From the NCBI RefSeq assembly GCF_000446015.1, contig NC_022093.1:600001-632000 (forward strand): a DNA stretch of 32,000 nucleotides, in the 5' to 3' direction. This document shows positions 25,665 through 32,000 of this stretch, in pieces (position 1 is the stretch's first letter; each line of letters begins with the position of its first letter). The notes below the pieces were generated by a model. That model was not told the DNA's origin, did not search any database, and saw nothing but the letters and a program-made list of their open reading frames with translations. Source of the DNA: Thermofilum adornatum. Its GTDB lineage: Archaea; Thermoproteota; Thermoprotei; Thermofilales; Thermofilaceae. The position numbers were made by a program, and so were the translations under genes.

Positions 25665-26321
25665 TTACTCGTTGAGGCCCAGAATTGCTTTTCCCCAGCT
25701 AGTCAGCTTCAGCCCGCCCTTCCTCCCATGAGACACTACCAGACCCATCTTCTTGAGATCAGCCAAGTGGTTCCTCACAGTCTTAGAGGACTTGCCGAGC
25801 CTATAAGCAATAGTATCCGCGTTGGAGTACTCGTTCTTTGCAATAAATTCCAATATATCCCTTTTCTCTTTGCTCAGGGACGAAAAAGCCCTGGCAATTC
25901 CAGAAGGAATATGGAGCTCTTCGGCCTCCCCGCTCTCAGACGACACGTATAGCTCGAAAACCTTGCCAGATGTAAAGAGAGCGATAAGCACAGCCACAAT
26001 GACAGCCCTCATCCCTCCGCCCAGGTCGGCAATGATTGGCTCATAGAGACCGTTAATAACGCTCCTAGCCCTGGAAACAGCCAGCGAAGAATCGGAGAGA
26101 GGCAACTCTACTAGTCGAGGCGTATTCAAGCCTACCCTTGTACAGTACTCAATCAGGCTCGCATGAGCCCTCCTAGTCCCCGCAACAACTGGGCTACCAG
26201 TAAACAAGACAATGTCCTCGCCGCCCCTCGCGGCTAGACGACTAAGCCTCCTAATAACAAAGTCCTCGTGAAAACCAAGACTAAACACAAACGACCTACG
26301 CTCCACACTTTCCATTCGCAT
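25665..26321 (-). CDS. csa3: Csa3-type CRISPR-locus transcriptional regulator (CARF-like N-domain plus winged HTH)
   Basis: 218 aa. The N-terminal Rossmann-like block begins VFSLGFHEDFVIRRL. The C-terminal wHTH is ILEFIAKNEYSNADTIAYRLGKSSKTVRNHLADLKKMGLV. Confidence 0.8.
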   Translation of the reverse strand: MRMESVERRSFVFSLGFHEDFVIRRLSRLAARGGEDIVLFTGSPVVAGTRRAHASLIEYCTRVGLNTPRLVELPLSDSSLAVSRARSVINGLYEPIIADLGGGMRAVIVAVLIALFTSGKVFELYVSSESGEAEELHIPSGIARAFSSLSKEKRDILEFIAKNEYSNADTIAYRLGKSSKTVRNHLADLKKMGLVVSHGRKGGLKLTSWGKAILGLNE

Positions 26322-26588
26322 ATCAGCTATTTTAACTTATCCCGTTTATAAAAGGGAATAATTTAAAACTTCACATTTTTCAAAACCAATAAGTCGAAAT
26401 GGAATTATATTATAACCTCTAGCGCATTTTAACACTAGTTTTCCCAAGAAAAACAGGGAAAAACTCCTTTTTCTCTAGCATTATGCTTACAACATGATTG
26501 GATCTTTCTAGGAAAATCCTTTTTCACGATGGGATGTTTGTATATATACCTATAGGAAAAGATAAATAATTCTTTATCTAACCATGTT
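26322..26588. promoter_or_regulatory. divergent csa3 / csa5-cas7 promoter region with TATA boxes and inverted repeats
   Basis: The palindromic TATA element TCCCGTTTATAAAAGGGA (26340-26357) lies about 28 nt from the csa3 ATG. GATAAATAAT (26561-26570) lies about 26 nt from the csa5 ATG. Inverted repeat TTTTCCC-N10-GGGAAAA is at 26439-26462, and GAAAAA-CTCC-TTTTTC is at 26458-26473. Confidence 0.55.
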
Positions 26589-26591
26589 TTG

Positions 26592-26924
26592 ATGCAAAAA
26601 GCAGATTATAGTCAACTAGACCAGAGATACGAGGGGCTCGTTAATATTTTCGCCTATCTTGTCAAGGAAAGAGTATATGGTCCCGTCGACAGAATGGCGA
26701 GAGCTACAGACCTTGATACGGTTAGACTTGCGGTATATGAGGCGTTGAGGTATGCGTCTACAGAGCTTAAACGAGGAGTGAAGATATACGTTCCCAGCGA
26801 GGGTGAGGTTCAGGACTTTTTGAGGGCTGTGGAAAAGAGAATCGGGCTAGCACGAGAAATAGCAATTAAAGCCTTGACAAGGGGCCTGCAAATGGAAGTA
26901 AGTTCATCTGGGGGTGAAAAGTAA
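26592..26924 (+). CDS. csa5: putative Csa5 (type I-A small subunit, Cas11a)
   Basis: A small (about 110 aa) helical protein encoded immediately upstream of csa2/cas7, with a TAATG overlap. The assignment is by position and size only. Confidence 0.5.
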   Translation: MQKADYSQLDQRYEGLVNIFAYLVKERVYGPVDRMARATDLDTVRLAVYEALRYASTELKRGVKIYVPSEGEVQDFLRAVEKRIGLAREIAIKALTRGLQMEVSSSGGEK

Positions 26925-27907
26925 TGGTATTCGTATCTATTGGTTTAAGGCTTAGAGTCGAAGTAGAAGCTCTTAACATGGTTGAGGCTCTAGGCGCCTA
27001 TACACGTCATAGAACAGTTTCCATTCTCAAAAAAGTAAATAAGGACGGTAGCATACGTTACAAGATTCTTACTGCTCCCGCAATCTCTGGACAGTCTATC
27101 GCCAACGGATATATGAGGGCACTAGTCGAGTTGGGTAATTTTTATAAATTGAAGGTATGTGAGGAATGTAAAGCATACGAGACGCGGGGAGGCTTCACTA
27201 AACACGGAACAAGCAAGGACAAAGACTTAACACATGACAAAATAGTGGAAAGCTGTATCGTGGAGGACATTACTGGCTTTATGGTTCCAGACCTTGGTAT
27301 CCGGAGAACTTCGCCGGTGATGTTCAGTTACATGGTGCCCGATGTAGAGAGTGCTAAAGCCATGGTAGAGTCCCAGTTCCACGTAAGATACGACTTCTCG
27401 ACCCAGCAACACCAGCCCTTCAGTATAGAGAGCGGAACAGCCATATACATGCTGATGATAGGCATCGATGCGTCAAGGATAGGCAAGCTCGAGAATGGTG
27501 AATTTACAGAAGACAGAGAGACGCGTTTAGAGGTGGCATTTAAGGGGATTTCTGTCCTTCTCGAAAGCTCCGGTTTCGGGGCAAAGAAGGCGAGATACCT
27601 ACCAATAGAAGAAGTGGTCGGGGGCATAGCGGCTATATCAAACCCGATCCCATTCTCTGTTAGTCCGCCGCGTGTCTATCCCGGAGGAACAAATTACATC
27701 TGCGATACTATAGCCAGGGCGGAGAAATATTTAGACGCTTTGAATCAATTAAAAGAGGAAATCCATATCGTGTACATGGACAAAGAACGGCTAGACTCAT
27801 GCACATCGAGCAAACAAAACGTCGAAAAAGCAGATACCATGACTGAGATGCTAGAAAAGGCCCTCCAGAAAACAAAGAACCTTCTGCCAAAGCAAAAAAG
27901 AGATTAG
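26924..27907 (+). CDS. cas7: Cas7 (Csa2/DevR family), type I-A backbone subunit
   Basis: Hallmark N-terminus LRLRVEVEALNMVEALGAYTRHRTV ... APAISGQSIANGYMRALVEL. Confidence 0.85.
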   Translation: MVFVSIGLRLRVEVEALNMVEALGAYTRHRTVSILKKVNKDGSIRYKILTAPAISGQSIANGYMRALVELGNFYKLKVCEECKAYETRGGFTKHGTSKDKDLTHDKIVESCIVEDITGFMVPDLGIRRTSPVMFSYMVPDVESAKAMVESQFHVRYDFSTQQHQPFSIESGTAIYMLMIGIDASRIGKLENGEFTEDRETRLEVAFKGISVLLESSGFGAKKARYLPIEEVVGGIAAISNPIPFSVSPPRVYPGGTNYICDTIARAEKYLDALNQLKEEIHIVYMDKERLDSCTSSKQNVEKADTMTEMLEKALQKTKNLLPKQKRD

Positions 27908-27917
27908 GGCACTACAA

Positions 27918-28667
27918 ATGAAATATGCAGTGCTCGTTAAGCTAAGAGCTCCTGGAGGCATCACAGTCAACTATCCACTTGCACCTGTACCATCACCACA
28001 TTATCCTCTTCCACCCCCTACAACGCTTGTGGGCGCCCTTGCATACCCATTCCTTAGACTCCGAGAAGCAAAAGAGACCGTTGAGGGCTCGTTTTCGCCG
28101 GCAGTAAAGATCTTAGACATGGTTCCGTACGCTTCCGCTGGAACAGATGGGTGGGTCCGAACCCGCGAAGTTGAGCGAATTTTCCAATTGATGTATCAGA
28201 AAAAGATTAGATGGAACGACATGTCGCTTGCGTATAGCGTAGGGGCACGAGGCTTAAGCCGTTTCGCTGATGACAAACTTTACGTCTTGTACATTGTCAC
28301 CGAAAAGAGCTTGATAGATTACGCTTACGGTATTGTGAGAATTGGAAAAAAAGAGGGAATTGTAAGCGTCGAAGATGTATGCTACGAGGAACTAGAGAAA
28401 ACCGTTAAGTACAAGGAAATGGGAACTTTTGAAACCTTCTTTTACTTCCCAAAAGACATAGCAGTTGTACAGAGGGGACAAGTTATATCTATGCCTAAAC
28501 TTGTCAAAGAAAACTTTGGTACAACTGTTTCACCCGTAATGGAAGATTATATTGTAAATAACGGGTTTGAACCGATTATTGGCGAACTCAAAACGAACGG
28601 AGCCCTGATAAAGATAGAAGACTTCGAGATACCCATACCTAGAATGTTACTCGAGGGAAAAACATAA
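27918..28667 (+). CDS. cas5: Cas5a
   Basis: 249 aa. N-terminal RAMP pattern YPLPPPTTLVGALAYPFLR. Positioned after cas7. Confidence 0.75.
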   Translation: MKYAVLVKLRAPGGITVNYPLAPVPSPHYPLPPPTTLVGALAYPFLRLREAKETVEGSFSPAVKILDMVPYASAGTDGWVRTREVERIFQLMYQKKIRWNDMSLAYSVGARGLSRFADDKLYVLYIVTEKSLIDYAYGIVRIGKKEGIVSVEDVCYEELEKTVKYKEMGTFETFFYFPKDIAVVQRGQVISMPKLVKENFGTTVSPVMEDYIVNNGFEPIIGELKTNGALIKIEDFEIPIPRMLLEGKT

Positions 28668-29710
28668 TGCCACCAAAGAAAACTTCTGGACAAGTAGTAA
28701 TAAGCCTTGAAAACATCGATGCATACCGAGGCTTTATTGTAACATGGTTTGCTGACGCAGCTACAACCTATCTAATCAACCAGAGACTTGACCGCGACAT
28801 AAAAGAATCTCTTAGCGACCTTTGTGCACAAGCCAAAAATTATGTTGAAAGTCTAAAAGAGGCCGACAAAGAGAGAGCATGTAGCAGAATTCCCCTGCCC
28901 TTGACAGGTAATGACATAAAAACAAAAAGCCTTTATGACGTATGTAAATGTCCAGACCTCATATGCAACGAAAATCCTTCATCCATGAGCCTTAAACCAG
29001 CACTCTCGCTAGAATTCATCGAATACATAAAAACCTTCAATCCTCAAATAACCCAGAAGTTCCTAAAAAGAGAGGTTATAAAGATCGAGGACCGACTACA
29101 TGGCCTAGCAGTGATTGGAGCCGACATCACTCATACCTATACTGTTAGGAGGGGTGTCGAACAGGAATGGGGATACACATTTATCGAAGTACCTAACCCA
29201 GGCGCTATTGATTATAGGAAATTAAGTGGAATGATAAAAACCGTCGTTAGATCTGTTCTTAATAATGAGGGTAGTAGGGCAAGTGTGCTAGTGGGAGTAG
29301 CCTCCGTCCTTGTGCTGATATACGGGAGAAATCTATATGAAAACGTGCAACGCTCACCAATAAATCTAGAGTTTCTCAGGCTTTCAATGCGTAATGGAGG
29401 CAAAAAGGCAATGGTCAAGGCTTTTGAAATCCTTAGTCCCAGCGGTATAGCTTTAGATATTTCACGAATGGGATTAGCCTCACCCCTCTACTCAATGTTT
29501 TCCAAATATCCAAAAAACAGTGGACCCGCAAGAAACTTCGTTGAAGACCTAGCCAGGGCGATAATCGTATACAACTCACTAAAGACGACAGAAGAGATTT
29601 ACAAAGCTCTCAGAAGCCTCACGTCAGAGAACATTCGAAATGACCTCCACAGGAACTATGGCGACACATGGAGAGACATTTTTGACAAATTGTTACAGGT
29701 AAGGGTCTAG
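28667..29710 (+). CDS. candidate type I-A large subunit (Cas8a2/Csa4- or CsaX-like)
   Basis: 347 aa, coupled to cas5 by a TAATG overlap and lying between cas5a and cas3'. I recognise no motif, so the call is by position and size. Confidence 0.4.
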   Translation: MPPKKTSGQVVISLENIDAYRGFIVTWFADAATTYLINQRLDRDIKESLSDLCAQAKNYVESLKEADKERACSRIPLPLTGNDIKTKSLYDVCKCPDLICNENPSSMSLKPALSLEFIEYIKTFNPQITQKFLKREVIKIEDRLHGLAVIGADITHTYTVRRGVEQEWGYTFIEVPNPGAIDYRKLSGMIKTVVRSVLNNEGSRASVLVGVASVLVLIYGRNLYENVQRSPINLEFLRLSMRNGGKKAMVKAFEILSPSGIALDISRMGLASPLYSMFSKYPKNSGPARNFVEDLARAIIVYNSLKTTEEIYKALRSLTSENIRNDLHRNYGDTWRDIFDKLLQVRV

Positions 29711-29722
29711 GAGGCGCAACAG

Positions 29723-31555
29723 TTGAGACCCCTAATCGAAAAAGCAGCTGAGATCTTAAAAAATGATGCTAACACCTCTAAACCGCCGAGAATAATTATT
29801 GAGGCGCCAACCGCTTATGGCAAAAGCACCGCAGCACCACTGATGGCTAGGATCCTCATTGAGAGTGGCTGGTGCCACAGTTTTATACATTCTTTACCGC
29901 TTAGAGCCATAGTAGAAGACGTTTATCTCTGTCTCATGATAAACGCTTTCTCGTCGAGTGAAGCCCTGAGAAACTATTGTAGGAAAAGTGGAACTGTTCT
30001 CAGAGAAGTTAAAGAGTCGCTTTCAGCCGTCAATATCGGCATCAAAGACATAGCTTACCAAATGGGTGAACACCTGCTTTCAAACCAGGAAAGCGATGAA
30101 CTCGTAGAAGTGAAAGACGTCCTGAAAAAAGAACCACTATTCGATGCTAGATACGTCATAACTACACTCGACTCTCTTGCATATAACGCCTTCCGTGTCC
30201 CAGTTACAGAGATTTTTAGCTACAGGAAACACTATGCTATCCCCAGAACTAGGATTTTCGTAAGTGCAACATATTTCGACGAGGCACACATGATCTACGA
30301 GGAGAAGGAAGACGAAGAAAGCAACCTATTCACAACATTTAACGAGCTTCTCAGGATGCTGGTAGCAGCCCAAACACCAATTATTGTTGCAAGCGCCACA
30401 CTCAGTGAAAACTCGGAGCGACACCTTCTAGAAACCCTACAAGAAGCAAAAATTGTAAAGCTTGACAAGACCGATAAAAGCGACGGGCACCTGACTCTTG
30501 TCCACGACAAAGAATTCGAAGAAAACGTTACATCTATCCAATGGTTCTCTAGTCTTCTCCGAGAGGATAACCTAAAAGAAAAAGTCAAGGAACTCATCGA
30601 TACAGGAATGACTGTTTTTATAGCACGGGATACAATAAGAGAAGCAATAAAAACCTTCAAAGAACTAAAAGAATCGCTTGAGCTAAATGATGATGAAATA
30701 GTACTTTTACATAGCCTCATGACCAGGGAAGATAGAAGCAGAGCCCTAGAAAGCATCCGAGACGAAAAGACGAGGATACTCGTAGCTACAAGCATCGTGG
30801 AGGCAGGCGTAGACATAAGTTTCAATGCATTAATTACAGATGCCAGCAGAGCCTCCTCTGTAATCCAGAGAACAGGCCGAGTATGCAGAAAAATTGAAAG
30901 ATGCAAGGAAAACAAAGCACATGTCTTTATCCTCGAAAACAAGCACCTCGATTCAAGGATCAAAGGGCTCCTTGAAAATGCAGAAAACCAGCAAAAACAG
31001 ATATGCTGGAGACTGCCCTACGACACAGACAGTTATCTGGGCTACGGGCCGCTCCTACGGGAAACAGGTATCCCAGAAATAAACACGAAGCTGAAAAGGA
31101 GCCTGGAGACCCTAGCCTCTCCTCTCCTCATCTCCAGCAGATCCATCGGAGAAATTGTGAGAAACCATGGATACGGGCTGGTGCGGACATTTCTTGCAGA
31201 AGTCGTTGTTGCGGATCCAGAGCTTCTCAACGGAGCTGGCAGAAGAGTAAATCTAAACAAGGATAGCTTTGTAACCTCTCTAAACAAGCTCAGGCTTCTA
31301 GCTTCTAGGGGCTGCATAGACGGTCTGTATGTGGCGCTGGGGACACGGGAAAAAGCTACACTTAGGAAGATATCTCCAATAGAAGAGCTATACCGGCAAA
31401 GAGAAGAAATCAGCCTCGACAAATACTTCCATAACCTCCAAAAAACACTAGCCGACCCAGAAACAAAATACAACTTTGTTGGAACAGTCTTCCTGCTTAA
31501 AACTAACTGTTACGAGAAAAACCTAGGGGTAAAAGAAGATGTGCTACGCATATAG
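29723..31555 (+). CDS. cas3: Cas3' SF2 helicase
   Basis: TTG start. Walker A EAPTAYGKST, DEAH box (YFDEAHMIY), motif III ASATL, and the helicase C-domain VATSIVEAGVDIS...QRTGRVCR. Confidence 0.85.
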   Translation: MRPLIEKAAEILKNDANTSKPPRIIIEAPTAYGKSTAAPLMARILIESGWCHSFIHSLPLRAIVEDVYLCLMINAFSSSEALRNYCRKSGTVLREVKESLSAVNIGIKDIAYQMGEHLLSNQESDELVEVKDVLKKEPLFDARYVITTLDSLAYNAFRVPVTEIFSYRKHYAIPRTRIFVSATYFDEAHMIYEEKEDEESNLFTTFNELLRMLVAAQTPIIVASATLSENSERHLLETLQEAKIVKLDKTDKSDGHLTLVHDKEFEENVTSIQWFSSLLREDNLKEKVKELIDTGMTVFIARDTIREAIKTFKELKESLELNDDEIVLLHSLMTREDRSRALESIRDEKTRILVATSIVEAGVDISFNALITDASRASSVIQRTGRVCRKIERCKENKAHVFILENKHLDSRIKGLLENAENQQKQICWRLPYDTDSYLGYGPLLRETGIPEINTKLKRSLETLASPLLISSRSIGEIVRNHGYGLVRTFLAEVVVADPELLNGAGRRVNLNKDSFVTSLNKLRLLASRGCIDGLYVALGTREKATLRKISPIEELYRQREEISLDKYFHNLQKTLADPETKYNFVGTVFLLKTNCYEKNLGVKEDVLRI

Positions 31556-32000
31556 AAAACCACCAATAGAAGAAACTCTCCACAAACACTCACTCGAGGT
31601 TGCCCAATGCATTAAAAACTCCTGGGAATTCATCGGCCTAAAAAGAAAAATATGGAGGCTCTACGGTATCGACGAGGAAACAGCCGGAGACCTAGTTCTC
31701 ATAGCAGGCCTCCTCCACGACCTAGGAAAAGCAGAAAAAGAAACACAGGAAAAATGCAAGACAGAGTGCACAGATTTCCCACATCACTATGTAACCTCCG
31801 CGATGATAGCCCTCAGGATCGGGTACAACACCATCGACCTCGACCTAAGCCCAGACAACATAGAGGACACCCTCAACCAACTCCTAGCTGGAAAAAATAC
31901 GCAGCTCGAGGCGAGACATATCTTCCTGGCACTAGTTGTCCTACCAGTACTACTACACCACTACTCACAGATCACAAGCGAATACAGCGTCCTCAAACCA
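31539..32000 (+). CDS. cas3: Cas3'' HD nuclease (partial, runs off the window)
   Basis: My own translation of the frame starting at ATG 31539: MCYAYRKPPIEETLHKHSLEVAQC...LIAGLLHDLGKAEKE...LLHHYSQ. H...HD...H metal-ligand pattern. It overlaps the cas3' end by 17 nt and has no stop before 32000. Confidence 0.8.
   Translation, partial: MCYAYRKPPIEETLHKHSLEVAQCIKNSWEFIGLKRKIWRLYGIDEETAGDLVLIAGLLHDLGKAEKETQEKCKTECTDFPHHYVTSAMIALRIGYNTIDLDLSPDNIEDTLNQLLAGKNTQLEARHIFLALVVLPVLLHHYSQITSEYSVLKP

Noticed and set aside
30295-30963. A 222-aa minus-strand ORF inside cas3' (S/L-rich). There are similar antisense ORFs at 12863..13357, 14033..14623, 7094..7441, 2933..3265 and 31042..31473.
   Set aside because: Each lies antisense to a CDS with clear family motifs, and each is compositionally biased with no motifs of its own. 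These are typical shadow ORFs.

Overview
Archaeal chromosome segment, probably crenarchaeal (Thermoprotei, Desulfurococcales/Sulfolobales-like). This rests on aRF1, Csl4, Pcc1, an intron-containing tRNA, TATA boxes about 25-30 nt upstream of start codons, and a type I-A (Apern) cas set. Positions 1-18.5 kb are a very compact housekeeping block: Hsp20, beta-CASP RNase, FlaJ/TadC-like membrane protein, Fap7, SpeH, tRNA-Gln, tRNA-Leu, KH/Dim2-like, Rio1, RecJ/Cdc45-like, S15, SucCD, UMP kinase, aRF1, METTL5-like methyltransferase, Csl4, NAD kinase, KaiC-like ATPase, Pcc1 and a Brix protein. Several convergent gene pairs abut or overlap at their stop codons. An accessory region starts after tRNA-Arg(TCT) at 18553-18665. 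It holds a translationally coupled ParA-like ATPase plus a 151-aa Hjc-like PD-(D/E)xK protein. Next comes about 500 bp of G-depleted, ORF-free DNA carrying four helically phased ATAAC-N3-GTTAT palindromes. A CRISPR array of 27 repeats and 26 spacers follows (20735-22459); by repeat polarity it is transcribed on the minus strand from a leader at 22460-22900. The rest is a type I-A locus: cas4-cas2-cas1-csa1 (minus strand; csa1 is broken by two in-frame TAG codons), csa3, and a divergent csa5-cas7-cas5a-(Cas8a/CsaX-like)-cas3'-cas3'' operon that runs off the window. No cas6 is seen before the window ends. All product calls come from motif reading of the supplied translations; no database search was possible.
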